A stretch of DNA of 63,400 nt, the filler included, from Reticulomyxa filosa (lineage: Eukaryota > Protista > Foraminifera): the NCBI GenBank assembly GCA_000512085.1. It is 15 parts of 15 records of this genome, joined end to end, with 100 filler letters (N's around TTAATTAATTAA, not from the genome) between each part and the next. Parts side by side here need not be neighbours in the genome. Positions count along the whole stretch, not along the records: positions 37,155 to 47,058 come from ASPP01005674.1; positions 47,159 to 51,290 come from ASPP01007335.1; positions 51,391 to 59,838 come from ASPP01007712.1; 12 more parts are not named here. The stretch is one strand, 5' to 3'. Each line of letters begins with the position of its first letter. Position 1 is the stretch's first letter. The notes below the pieces were generated by a model. It did not search any database, was not told the origin of the DNA, and saw nothing but the letters and a program-made list of their open reading frames with translations. A program made the position numbers and the translations under genes. This document shows positions 39,043 through 52,704 of this stretch, one piece after another.

Positions 39043-41233
39043 TTAAAATTTTCGAATGTCTTCCCAATCATTTTTTTGCGCACAGATCTCGGACCAATGT
39101 TTTTTCGAAACAAACATATTTCTGGCACGTACAATTTCTCGTTGAATGATTCGCAAATTGACATGATCGACATTTTTGGCCACATTGTTTTCTTCATCAA
39201 ATGGATCTTGCACAACTAAAGGATGAAAATGGATTGGGTTAAGAATCGAAGTGATGGCCACATCGCTGTGGGTTGGTTCCACAGGCGTGGCTACTTCGTG
39301 CTCGAATTCGTTTGTCGGAGCAACACCTTCGACTTGAATGCCAATGTTTCGTTGTTTTGAGCCATTGGCTATGGCTCCATTACCAAGTGTGACAATTGTT
39401 TTTAAAGGTATATCAACATCAGCAACGCTAACGACAAATCGACTAAAGTCAAAATGGCTGTAATATTCAAAAAAGCCATACAAAAGTTCTGCCAAATACA
39501 TTTTGTTCCCTTTGTGTTCGTCACGTTTGAGCGTTGCAAACAAAGGTGGACTCGAAGGTGGCGTGTTATCGTTATAGCGATCATAGTCACGTGTCACCAT
39601 CCACGAAGACGATAAAACGGGCAACAAAGGGGGTTGTACTGCTTGCAAGTACTTAATGGCGAGGAGTACGTATCCGTAGCTGTTCATAAAACCATGATAC
39701 GCATTATTAATCCGCCGTTGATAACTCCAATATTTGACACACATCAACAACATTGTTGTTCGAGTGTCCTTGGAACCATTTAGCAGTTGCTCGAGATAAT
39801 TCGTCGCATTTCTGGTATTGTCAAACAGTCCAATATCGCAAGAAACATTTGTCAGAGGATCGCACAATTTGATTATTGGAACTTTGGCGCTGAACAATGT
39901 CGTTACTTTCCATTGATAATACCATTCGTTTTGATGTTTCGTCAATGCATTATTTTTCTCTTGCTCCTTTTGCTTCTCTTTCTGCTTTTCACTTTCATCA
40001 CTGTTTACATGTTTCCACGTCTCTAAACATGCAGCATCTTTCGCATTCGCTATGTTCAAACGAATGCAAACAGACAAAAAAATGTTGAATAGGTTGAAGA
40101 CGAAGACAATTGCCTCCTTTTTTTTTTTCCTTTGTTAAGTGTAACACGATAAACAAGTTGTTTCTCTCTCTCTTTTTCTCAAACATCTCTAAAGCAACCA
40201 ATCAAAAAACGTTTAAACCAATCAAAAGCAAAGACAATGTGTATATATATTTGAAACATTTATTCACTACCATAGTGACGACGCCTGTGCAAGTCATCTT
40301 TGAATCGCTTCGCTTTTGAGTCCAACAACCAGACATGTTTTAAATAATTGGCCAATTCGGTCAGACACACAATGCAACTGTCGCGATCATATCGATATGC
40401 GCCATCGATGAGCAAACAGCAATCAATGTCACTGGTCGGCAAATCCAATCCGTAAGCGGACGACCCAACAAGGGCAATTCGTTCATGGTATCGTTTCTTG
40501 GGTTTGTGATTGGAATAATGCGAGCGTTTCTTGTCCCACAGACAGCCATTAGCACAGCAATGGTGCAAGTTGTGTTGGCGGATGAAATTGGCGCGATCGT
40601 GAGTGCAGTGTCTGTTGGAATGCAAGTGGTCGAGCGAGCAAGGACTGTGATTACGTCCAAACACAGCAATGGCGATTTCATCCAAGATGTCGATAAACTG
40701 CGATTTGGACGCTTTCAGTTCTTCGGATTGCGACAACTGGGACTCCCAAAATCGGAAAATTTCTTTGTCGAGACCACTGACAAACAATTGATCCAACAAA
40801 ATGGCGCTGCGAATTGGGATGTAAAAGTGCACGCCGTTGTATGGAAGATACGGAACATTGACATTGGCGACGTGGGAGGGCCACGGTGTGACATAATGAC
40901 GAAAGAGGTAAGAGAACGGAATCGTAGCGAACCATTTCATAAAGTCCTGCAAACCGTGGCCACACGTGAAAAAGAATCCAAGTTTGATAGGTTGGCACAC
41001 GTCAGTGCTGTGTCCGGCCTTGCCAGCGCGTATCGACAAAGGATTGCTTTGGTGTTTGTCCGAACTTGCCAAGGGCACAAGCAAACTCATTTGCATTGGA
41101 AAGTCGTCATAGCACGGCAGGTGACGTAGGTGTCCTTCGTATAGTGCATGTTGGACACATTCACTCCATTGCACACCCTCGTTGTCGTGGTCGATGGACG
41201 AGTTTTTCCTTGACACCTTTGGCTCGACGATAC

Positions 41234-41309
<76 letters not shown>

Positions 41310-41942
41310 GTTGTGCTTGTTGTCGTCGCTGTCATTTTTGTTAATATTCATATGCATATTCGTGGACTGTTCGCTTGCTATTGCTATTGGCGTTGGTGTG
41401 GAATCATTGTCGCCATAAATGCTCACAAAAATTTCAAAGTTCGGCAATAGACAGGCAAAATAGATTTGGGCGTTTTCCTTCTTCAAACGCCATTTGTTTT
41501 CAGAGTCACACACATATACTTTCACTCCAAACGTGCAATCGCTGATTGCGTTTGTCTTGATCGCTGCGAATTCCGACGCTCTTTCTCCGATTTTCTCACT
41601 ACTGTCGCTTATGTTTGAAAACATCGGCGTTTGTTGCGCTTGCTCGTCCGAATCCGTTGTCGCTGTTGCGTTGGCTGTTTCTTCCTCGTAGCCTTCTCGT
41701 CTTTCTTGTTGCATCCGCTTACTCGCTTCTGGAGATACGTCCGTATCTATTTGCACCTCGTCGTCTATCTCTATTTCTCTCCTCGTCTTGTCGTCCAAGT
41801 CTTCAGGGATCCCATTGGTGCCCTCTTTTTGGCCCTCATTCGTCAACGGCTGAGGCGTGACGTGTTGAGTTGGCTTTTGCTCACAGCTCAAGACTTCCGA
41901 ATGGAAAAGGCTTCTTTCATCTGCTAAAGTTTGTGATGACAT
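39043..41942 (-). CDS. Cid1/TUT-family terminal nucleotidyltransferase (non-canonical poly(U)/poly(A) polymerase)
   Basis: LVGSSAYGLDLPTSDIDCCL (GS..DxD), AKVPIIKL..CDI, VKYWSYQRRIN..GFMNSYGYVLLAIKYLQ, and PAP-associated LAELLYGFFEYY and QDPFDEENNVAKNV. Intron ~40064-40270. Confidence 0.9.
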
Positions 41943-42589
41943 GGATGTCTTTTTGGTAAAAGCCAAAAAAAGTTTTTTCAAATCCACCAAACTTTTATTC
42001 CAAGATAGAGTAAATTGTTCACAAAAGAGGTTACCACCGGTTTCAACTTTTACCGTTTGCTGTGTATACTTACGTACGTATATGTACATGTTTTTATCCA
42101 TAGTTTTTAGCCTCTGTAAAAGTTAAAAGAGCTTAAGAACATAATATGTGTCTCTGGTGAAACAGAGTTGGAGTAAATCACTACGTTCAATCTCTGTTTT
42201 TTAAAATATCATAATTAAAAATCTATTGCTAAGCGAAATAATGGTATAACAACCCTAAAAATATTAAGCGTTTGATTCATATGCATTTATTTTACACTGA
42301 TAAAGGCAGTACTAAATGTTTTATCTGATAACGTTCAAAAGCCAGTCCTCTTGCACTCTAGCAAAAACTAACCCTGTTCTTTTTGTGCCTATCCATTAAG
42401 ATGCTACAAATGCTTGCTTTTTTCATGAAACTGAGTCATTGTATTGGTTAACAATATGTATCAACTGTGTTAGTGTCTCTTCTTTCCTACAAGCAAAACA
42501 AGTGAAAATTTTCTGCAATGACGCTTACATTTCGATGTTTTCTGGCGAAAGAGGAGATAAATTAATAATTATCAACCTCACTGACTTGA

Positions 42590-45500
42590 AAGGCATAAAA
42601 ATTTGGGTCTAAAGAAGGTAGTAGCTTCCTCAAAACGATAAGAGTTAATTTCTCATGTAAAGAGCCGACACAATGCTAATTCTTTATTGAAACAGTGCCC
42701 CACATAGAAAGAAAAAAAATATAATAACAGCCAACACAAACAACATTTCTGCGATTGCTGTTAAAAAACATGTCTATAAATTTTCAACAAATGAAATTCG
42801 CATTCGAAGAGCAACAGCATATAAGCTGTGTCTTCTTTGGAAATATTTAGCAACGCACCCAACCTGCAAAAAACCTGTGCTATGGCATATTGATTCTCTT
42901 CAAAGCCATACACAGACATATACATCAATGTTTCATACAAAAGAGTGAATGGCGATCTCTGCAAAAATGGTGCTTGAATTTTTAAATAATAAAGAATTGC
43001 GTTCATGTGATGGAATACTGATACTTGGACCGCCTATGTATAACAGGCCACGTATACAAATCGAGAGTAGTTTCATTTGTGGGGGATTCATAAAATCAAA
43101 TTAAAAAAAAAAGAAACACAATTTCAAGACTAAACTAATTCTCTAAGCATCTCACATTCATTCAAGTGTATTCCATGGCATTTGGCCAAGTTGCACATCA
43201 GATCCTTAACTAATTTTGTGTCTCGCTGTGTAATATTGTGTTGAGGAAGACGTAACCAAGGTCCGCATAACATCACTAAAATCATTAATACATACTTATA
43301 ACGATAATCACGTTGAAATTTTGACGACAATTGATTACCAAAATCATTAAATAATGTCTTTACAAAAAAAGCGGCTATTTGTATTTATAATGTTTTTTTT
43401 TTGTAAAGTAAGAGATAAGTTTCTTTATATTTTGTGGCCCCTTTTCATTTAGAAAAACTAAACATTCTTAAAAAAAAAGGGAGGGAGAGGGGGAAGAGCA
43501 GGAAAAAAAAAACATTGTACCTTCAGGATTGCCCAATCCTTGATCATTTTCATAATTAAAAAAGCGCTGGGTTAGGATTGAACACACGTTCATCTTGCTC
43601 TGGCTCATCATCACTATCTATTTCTTGTTTGTCATCAAAATTATTTTCATGTTTGATCCAATCACTATCTTGTTTTTCAAGGCAGGATTGTTCTTTCCAA
43701 TCCCACGGATCTTCAAGACTTTGAGAATTAGTCGCACTATGACTTTGGGACCGAGTCCATGTTGGATAAAACGTATATTTTTTCTCATGGCTTTTGCCTT
43801 TTGCCGTGGTTATATGCATGGACGCCGCTTCAAGCGATTTCGCGCTTATGTCAGGGCTTGTCAAATGGGGGTTATTCTTTAAATGTAACTTATCAAAGTC
43901 ATTGGCGATTTGTTGATCTTCTGTTTGTTTCATTACTTTTTTTGGAGGTTTAATGTTTCGAAAGGAGCTTATTGAGTACTGAGAACTCGACGAGTGACTC
44001 ATATCTGTCTCTGCACGGCCACGTTTTTTACGAAAAGCTGTAATTTTTTGAATCGTACCAATTCCGATGCTGCTGCTATTATATTTAGTGTGTCGACTGA
44101 TCGTGTGAGACTCGGACTTACTTTCTTCTGACCAAAATTCTATTTCTGTTTGCGACACTGTATTTGAATGGTGAGATGACTGTGAGTGCTGTCGTAACCA
44201 TAATTCTTTTGGATCTTTTCATTCATACAAACAAACCGTATTTAGATTTATAATATTTATCAAAACGAAAACTTCCATAATTGTAACATTAACAACAGCT
44301 ACATACCTTCAATATCATTGATGTCATGTGAGTCTTCCGTTTTTGATAGCAAAGGGTACTCGTTATGTTTGCTGTCATCTTCTATTGTCAAATCATCTAC
44401 GTGATCATTATTTTTTTCGTTTGCCAAAGGGACATGTTCCAGGATTGTGTGGCTGTGCGGGAGTAAAATTGGGGCTTTGTGGTTCATTTTCATGTGTTTG
44501 AGTTCATCCTCATTCTTTGACTGGTTTGAGGTAAAAATTCGTTTCTTGTGGACAATTTCGCGCAATAATATGTGAAATACGCATCCAGGATATAACACAT
44601 TATCAATCTATTACGTAAGTACGTACAATTTGAATTGTCAAAAATTCTCTTACCAACATCATCTACGCAAATAACAAGACTGCTCACAAAAAAAAAATTT
44701 GGATAAAATTGTGGAGGGCTCAATAAACTTTTTTTTAAGTTGTTTATTCTTTTTTTTTCTTCTCATTTTTGCGGGATTTTTTTTTTTTTTGGAGGGAAAC
44801 GAAACTGCGTGAAATTTTTCTACTGTTCTCAGTGGTGGAGTTTTCAACTGATTCACATTTAAACTTGGCAACTTTAGAACATCTGTTTGTATTTTTGTGT
44901 AGTTCTGTGTCAGAATCGCTCAATCCAAAAAAAAAAGAAAAAAAGAAAATTCTTTCGAAAAGAAGTTTTTTTTAATAAATGAGGCGTACACAAACAGACC
45001 ATCAAAAAAAGAATATTCCAAAGAACAAACTATGTCGCATGTATAAAAAAAAATATGCACCAAACTGTTTGGGGTTTTGCCTAATACCCATCGGTCAGGT
45101 TTAGCAGCAAGATCGGTTGGCTTTGAGTTGTCCCACAAATAGTGAGTTAAAACGGTATGTAACATAACGTCATTGGGTACTGGGATATACACGTATTTGG
45201 ACAGCTGCTGCAGGTGTTCGACAAAATACATTTGGGTCAAGTGTTTGCAGTGTGTCAATTGCTTTACTTTTTTTACATGGTCGATCAGTTGTTGTACAGT
45301 AGTCGTGGACGTATTCATTAATACACAGACATTCATGTTTGTCTTACTATCAACATGACAGCTCTGGTCTATTTCGCAACGCTCTACTTGCACAAAAAAG
45401 CGGTGGGTGTCATTGATTTTGCTTTGTTGCACTGTTTGTACACTACTGCTAAGGTCAGGTATTGTACTTGTTTGAAATTTTCCTACGTATACTTGATTGA

Positions 45501-45789
45501 ACATGGATGTGCTGTGCTCGTGAGGAGAAAAAGATCGGCAACAATACAGTGTGCAATGTTGCGTGTCTGCGTCCACCCACGGATTTAATTCGATCACCAT
45601 AGGCTCGTTTGATGTTTGTTTTTTCATTTTCCTTATCTCAGGGAAGTTAATATGATAATGTTGCGGGTGATGAGAATATGGAGAAGCACCAACAACACTG
45701 CTGCTCCTGGAATGAGAATCTCCCGAGGAACTTGGTTCGTCAATGAGTGGTGACGGCACAATTATGGCCGAAGCTGCTACTTCCATCAT
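42590..45789 (-). CDS. Multi-exon hypothetical protein(s)
   Basis: Successive minus-strand ORFs (44920-45849, 44299-44598, 43556-44158, 43130-43330, 42761-43006) separated by intron-like sequence. Gene number and boundaries are uncertain. Confidence 0.45.
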
Positions 45790-46675
45790 TTTATTGATTA
45801 TAGCTAACAAATTAGTAAAAAAGACCTTGTAAAGATTTTCAACTAACAAGTCTTTTTTTCCACAAAGAGCAGGACGTACTTTTTTCTCCTTTTTTGTACT
45901 TTTTGCCTTCGATAGAGAAAGTTAACGTGATCCATTTGAACTGCTATCTAATTTATAACTAGCTTGAACTCTGCTGTTCTTTATACCAAATGTCGATTAA
46001 TTTTGATAGATAATATCTGGCGTTAATTGACATTGTTCTGTTTGAAAAAGAGTTATTCCAGGATAAGATAATAAATTATTTGAGAAAAATGCATTTTTAA
46101 TTGAATTAGCTTTTAATCAAAGCAAACATAATTGTGGTCACGACACAAACAAGAGAAAACAAAACGCAAAATTATACTCAATTAAAGTCAGTGAATCTAC
46201 AAATAAAAACATTAAAAAAGAAATACTGAAAAAGAAATACTGAAAAAAAAAGAGGAAAAAAAAAAAATTAAAAACAAATAAAATAAATAAACAATAGGTT
46301 AAAAAAATAAATATATGTATGCATGACCACTTTGTAAAACGACCAAACAAAATCCTAGCCCAAACAAAAATCACAGAAAAAAGGTCTTTCTTGTTTTTTG
46401 AACAAGTTTACTATTGCAACTATAATATGTAATGCCTGTACTTTTCTTCGCCCTTCCCCTTCTTGCTGTCATCAGGTGCAGCGAAGATCACCATTGCGAT
46501 ACCAGAAAAGATCGCAAAATTCAAGGAAAATGTAATAAAAAAAAAGTTTTATATCTGAGAAGAGTCAGCCCATTTAATAAAAGCCTATGTTTGTCGGGAA
46601 TGTTCATGACGTACCCACAAGTATATGACAATTAGAAAAAAGAAGTACGTAAAAAAAAACAAACAAAAAAATAAC

Positions 46676-47058
46676 CTTGCTTTTTTGAAAACGAGAGAAC
46701 GGATCAGCCAGATTCTCGTACACATCAAGCAAGGAACTCTCCAAAGCTTCGACAATGGACAACACCAATGGCAAGGGAAGATTTTCTTTTGAATACTTGT
46801 GATTCATCAAATGATTGATAATTGCTTTTTGGGATGGTTTGACGACCATGTGTTTTCCCATTAAAAATAGGGACATAGTCCGTGAATAGACTGTGTTACT
46901 AGTTTGAAGCTTTTGAAGATTTAAAGATGGTTGTGTTTTTTTTTTAAAGCTGTGACTTTTCGTGTTACTATACTGTTGCATTTGCGGACGTAAAGTGTGA
47001 GGCAAATTGATCTTTTGTTCAGATAGACTTGGTTCCGATGACATCAATACCGGGACTT
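46676..47058 (-). CDS. C-terminal fragment with RGS-like tail
   Basis: EALESSLLDVYENLADPFSRFQKS resembles the RGS C-terminal motif (F..A..E+..L+..D.F.RF..S). 5' truncated. Confidence 0.4.
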
Positions 47059-47289
47059 NNNNNNNNNNNNNNNNNNNNNNNNNNNNNNNNNNNNNNNNNN
47101 NNTTAATTAATTAANNNNNNNNNNNNNNNNNNNNNNNNNNNNNNNNNNNNNNNNNNNNAGGAATCACGCAAACGCTTTTGTATACGTTGCAAAAAAAAAA
47201 AATATATAATATATATATATTTTTTTTTGTATGAAAATTTGATTTCACAAAACTTGTAACATTTCTTTGAGAGCTTCTCTGAACCAACT

Positions 47290-50200
47290 TTGATCCTCCA
47301 GACTCACAAGTTTGTCACAAAACACCCTCTCACATTCGTGCATCCATAAATCAATGAATACTTTCTTGTTTTTACAATGTCCGGAGGGGGCAATAAAATC
47401 CCTTGGTACACTCTACTCAAATCGAATAGGTTGAAAACGTAATGAAATTTCGATGGCGTTGGAAGCATTTTTGCCTTGACTTTCAGCCACAATTTGATGG
47501 TCGCCATAGTGACCGTCGAAATACTTTCGAGTACATCCTCGGAATTGTTTGCCAAACGCCACGAAGCATCTTTCCATAAATGTTATCAATGGACGTTTTG
47601 CTGGGAGGAGTCAAATTGAATACAAAGAAATGCCGTTTCAAACGATTGGGGATGTCATTTCTCCCACCTCCAGGATGGCACATTGCCGCCAAGTAATCAA
47701 GAGATTCGATCGTTTTCCTATCTCCGCGTTTATCCTTTTCTAAGAAGTAAAACCCTCGAAACTCGATCAACTGTCGGACTATTTCCAAAGTGGGCTGATC
47801 CCCCCACGGATTTACTTCGGGCATGGACACGTCATCCAAGAAAACCACCATTCTACGTCCTGTTGCATCCAAGAGTGCGCACGTATACATTACCATTTTA
47901 TTTGTCCACACATACAAAAAAAAAAAAAAAAAAAGGGAGCACTAGCAAAAATGTTATTTATTTAACTCACCTCCTGGCGGAGCATATGTTTTGCCTTGGC
48001 GCTTTTCAATATCCGCTTCAATGTTCTCTTGAAACATTTTACAAGTGGTAGCACTACTAAAGTTAATGGTCTTTTGCACGATGGCGGAGTCAACGTTGCT
48101 AAAAAACTGGAAAATGGTACTTGTTTTACCGGTACCACTGCTCCCCAGCACCAAACATGGCTTATTTCTTTGTCCACACATTGTCTTGAGTAAATACTCT
48201 GCCCTTATGCTGTCTCGTGTGGGGATTAAGCATTCACTGAATTTGAATACTTTTGGATACTTCCATTCTGGTGCTTCCCATTTTTTCCAACCATTGCCAT
48301 TCACTTCCCCTTTCAAAGATCCGACAATGTCGACTACGTATTCGTACATGGTTTCATCTACTGTATTGTTGTCATAGTCGATCGCAGGCATAAGTGCTTG
48401 GTGATTGTTGCGTTGCGCAATTTCAGTGATTTTTTTACTGAATTTGATTTGATCCTCGCGCTCAAATAATGCTCCCAGACTCCACAAGCAGCTGTAAATA
48501 AATATATTTTCCAGTGCGCCTGCTTCGTAGACTCTCTGTTCATTCACGCTATATGACAGCAGTGAGTCCAACAATCCTAACAAATTCACAATTAAATGGT
48601 TCACTGGAGATTGGAATACAAAGCGAGTATTTTTCTTTAACCACTCAAACATATCCGATTCCACTATGTACTTGCGCCAGAGTTGAAGCACAATATTGCG
48701 TTCCGTTTCGCGGCGTTGTTTTAGCCAAGCGTCCACTAATGGCTGCGTTCTATCATTTTTTTTTTTTTTACATTTCCGCCGTACGTTATACGTAGTCTCT
48801 CAACATTTATTTGCATGCACACACGCACACACACAAAAGTAGTCGTACCCCAAATCTCCCGAATCCAAAAAAATTATTCCAGCACGTGAGACAGTAGCTG
48901 GTGATGCATTTCGTAGGTCTTCAGCTTCGAACAATATTTTCACATTGTCTGTCTATATTCATTTTTTTTTTTTTTTTTCATGTCATTTTTTTTTTTTTTT
49001 ACAAGTTTTTATACGTTTGTCGTCATCGTTGATGGTCGACTTTAAAAACAAGCAATAAAGATGTTACCATTGGAATGCGATCACCGTTCGCCAATGTCAA
49101 CAGTTTGTTGTCATCCAACACGGTGTTAAGGTTTTCAATCCAAATGGCATCTACTGGCCCGTCGCATGTAATCCATGTCACCTGATTTTTCGTGCTATCA
49201 TTGTACTTTGACCAAATGCTACTAAACACCCCGTCGGTCCACTCGCCGGATACCGTGTCATTTTCTCCAAACATTTCATTCGCTCTCATTGCTTTCGGGT
49301 TCATTCGGACTTCGACGTGCTAGCTCCACCAAAGCAAGCATAAAATTGTCGGCTACGATTTGCACAGTATTTCAATGCAGGCAAACAAACAAACAAAAAA
49401 ACATGGAAAAACTTTTTTTTTTTGACGCTTGAAAGTGCTTCCAACAATGCCCAAACAGCCTCGGATTTTCCACTGCCAGGAGGTCCAATCATCATCAAGC
49501 CGTGTCGGACCAGCGATGTTTCGTACAACTGAATAATTTTGCTTACCCCTTTTAAGAATATTGCGTTACAACATATTGCCATAAAATAATAAATTTTTTT
49601 TTTTTTTTTTAAGCTAAAAGTACTTTCCTCTAAAAAAAAAAAAAAAAAATACGTACATCCGGTATGGTACATCAATCCCTTTTTTTCAATGATCTCTTTC
49701 AATGTATTTTCGACCTCTGGATAAGCGGCTTTTGGTGGGTCACTTTGATTTGGAAATAAGTCATGCAATAAGGAATGGAACAACCCTACGTCATCACCAA
49801 CAAGTTTGGACAAGTTCATGTCTCTCAGTGTTCTCATCATTAACATTTCCTCTAATCTTTGACGGGAGCCAGTGGCTCCATTTCTCAGCTCTTGACGCAA
49901 GTTGGCACCGGCCGTGCGCAATACAGACAAGATGTTACGTAGCCTGTGCCAAACGCACGAGTATTGTATTGCAATAATGTCCCGACATGGACAAAGAAGT
50001 AAAAAAAAAAAAAATGGAGTGACAGCCATACCCAAAGTCATAGTGTCTTTGCTTGGACAGCTGTTCCATACATAATTTGTACAGTCGATCAAACTTGTTT
50101 GCTAAGACTTCAAAGGTGAGATATCCGACCGAAGCCAGTTTCACTTTGATAATAATGCCAGCATCCGGAACCATCATTGCGACAGAGCGAAATAACGCTT

Positions 50201-51225
50201 TGAGGTTTTCGGGCAATTCTTGTCTTCCAGCGTAACCTGGGTTCATGGTAATGAAAAATGCACATCGAGGATCCAAGGCAATCTGATTGTTGGCATCGCC
50301 TGGGAAATAAAAATGTGTACTTCTTGCACGCATTGCAGAAAGAATAGCCATGATTTGTTGGGCTACGACAGACAATACCTCCAGATCAATACGGTTAAAT
50401 TCATCGAAACAACCCCATGAGCCACTTTGACACAGACCTTTATAAATTTTTGCAGTGTCCGTATACCTCATTTGATCGGAGCAGTTAAAGACCACCACAT
50501 ATTTGCCTAAAGCTCTTCCCAAGTCTTTCACTGTCTCCGTTTTTCCTGTACCCGCAGGACCGGCCGGTGCACCGCCAAAAAACATACCACATGCCTATGG
50601 GAATATTGGAGATACGTTACATTTTCATTCATGTACGGAGATAAAGAGGGGGGGGAGGAGGGAGAGGGAAAAAGAACAAAATTGACCTGTGTCAATGTGA
50701 TGTAGCAACGATCAGTCAGAGGCGTTACGACCAATCTCTCCTTGCATCCCAAATACTCCCAGCAATACTTGAACGGGACGTCGGCAATTTGCACAATGCA
50801 CGTATACTTTCCATGTTCTTCTCTCCAGTAGCAACGCAATTGCTTTTGCCACTCAAAGTCTTCTGCATCCTTTGTATTATCGTATATAATACAAACATGC
50901 ATATTTTTTTTGGAGGGAGGAGGGGAGAGATAAAGGGGGGGAGAAAAGAAAAAGACGTACTTTAATTTGATTTTTTTTGACTTTTCCACTAAATAATCGA
51001 GTACATCTTTTTGGTGCACTTGAATGGTGACGAGTGTCTCAATATTTCTGCGATCCATTTTTCGGGCAATATTTTCAGTTGTCATGTTGGACAAAGTTGT
51101 CAATACGTCATTTTGTTGTTGTTGGGCACGTTTCATCGCCTCTTTGTCGTGGCGACATAGTTTCAATGCCTCTTCTGCTTGCGTGGTCCATATAAACTGT
51201 ACTGCCAGCAACGCGCACTATAGAT
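47290..51225 (-). CDS. Axonemal outer-arm dynein heavy chain (gamma / DNAH5-DNAH8 type), AAA1-AAA3 region, partial
   Basis: AAA1 [48 protein letters not shown]; AAA2 GPPGSGKS and [32 protein letters not shown]; AAA3 [18 protein letters not shown] and [21 protein letters not shown] and [10 protein letters not shown] are typical of the gamma-type outer-arm chain. About 9 introns. Confidence 0.93.
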
Positions 51226-51404
51226 TGATATAACGTATACGTATGTGGTATGATTGATCACCGTGCAAAGTAAAGTACTTCGTGCACGAANNNNNNNNNN
51301 NNNNNNNNNNNNNNNNNNNNNNNNNNNNNNNNNNTTAATTAATTAANNNNNNNNNNNNNNNNNNNNNNNNNNNNNNNNNNNNNNNNNNNNAAAAAAAAAA
51401 AAAA

Positions 51405-52281
51405 AGATGAATGAATCGACACGCATTTGTGGAGATGACAAGGTTTGGACGGCATCGCCGTCGATAAATGATATACCGATCCTTTCTTGCGAGGTAAAGG
51501 ATCACTATTATAGTCCACACATTGGGGAATTTATTGGATATGAAGACCACCGCGTCACAATCAACTTCTTGGATCACACCATTTTAAACCTCGATCGGAT
51601 GGGCGCCACTTGTCGCATTATTGATCCTTTGGGACAAGAGTTCCCTTGCATCCCTGTTTCCAATCCATCGTCGAAATTTCGACAGTTTGGCAACTTAACT
51701 ACATTTCGATTCACTTTTTTTTCTTAAACAATATAATAATAATAATAATAATAATATAGTCAAATTTATTTAGCGATGGAATTTCGAGAGTGGGTTTTGA
51801 TGACAAAACAACAACAAGAGGTTGCAGCCCAAATGAAAACGAAAATTGTTTATGACATGAAGAAAGATATGCAATTCTCCAAAACTATTCTGCAGGCACA
51901 CAGTTATTGTATACCTGGACCAAACATTCTCCTTTTTTTCTTTCTCCCTTTCATTTGCTTAATTGTGTTTGATCTTTCTCGAAAACCAGAAATTGAAAGA
52001 GGTGATCCAATTGAAGATCTCACTACTGACAAGATAAATCGAAATGAGTCGGCAACTTCTCAATGCAAATGGCTACCTTCTGATTGTACGGAATTATTGA
52101 AAGACATTCAACAGCAGGTGCTCATGTGTGCTATTTTCAATTGTTTGTTTATTGTACAAATGCTACATAAGAAGTCCAAACGAAGAAGCAAACTTGTTGC
52201 TCCTAATAATGCTTGTGTTGTATACACATAAAAACTTATAGATCCAAAAACTAGACCGAGTGTTACAATGAACATTTTTTA
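51405..52281 (+). CDS. Hypothetical protein, C5orf34-like C-terminal region, 5' truncated
   Basis: IGEFIGYEDHRVTINFLDHTILNL..CRIIDPLG...V.NP...LAMEFREW resembles my recollection of the C5orf34 family C-terminus; unverified. Confidence 0.35.
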
Positions 52282-52704
52282 ATCCTCAAAAAAGAATTAA
52301 TGGAAAGGATAATGAGAATTAATATTTTTTAAATATAAAAGTATTTAATTTGGGGCTGTTTCTTCTCTTTTTTCATGTATGCCCTTATGTAGTTTTCTAA
52401 TGGATGTGTATTCATTCCTTTACTATTTATTGTTATTTAACTGAGAATAACCTGTTTTTTTTAAAGCGCATTAAAAATTGAGGCTTTTAAGCACGTGTGT
52501 TGCTTCTTTTCAAAAAAGCAAACTGGTCTTCATTTAGCCGAACTTATTACAAGATAATAAAACAAAAAAGAATTTAAAGAAAAAATGTGTTGTTGCATTC
52601 GACATTGAAAGATAAGTCATATCCAAGTTTCTCGTTTGACATAAATCCACTGACAAGGAAATAAATACAGTAAGAGTAGGAAAAAGCAAAGGAATCCATT
52701 TGGA

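Noticed and set aside
38190-39215. Short ORFs between the tetraspanin and TUTase genes
   Set aside because: No motifs or coding-like composition; probably UTR or intergenic.
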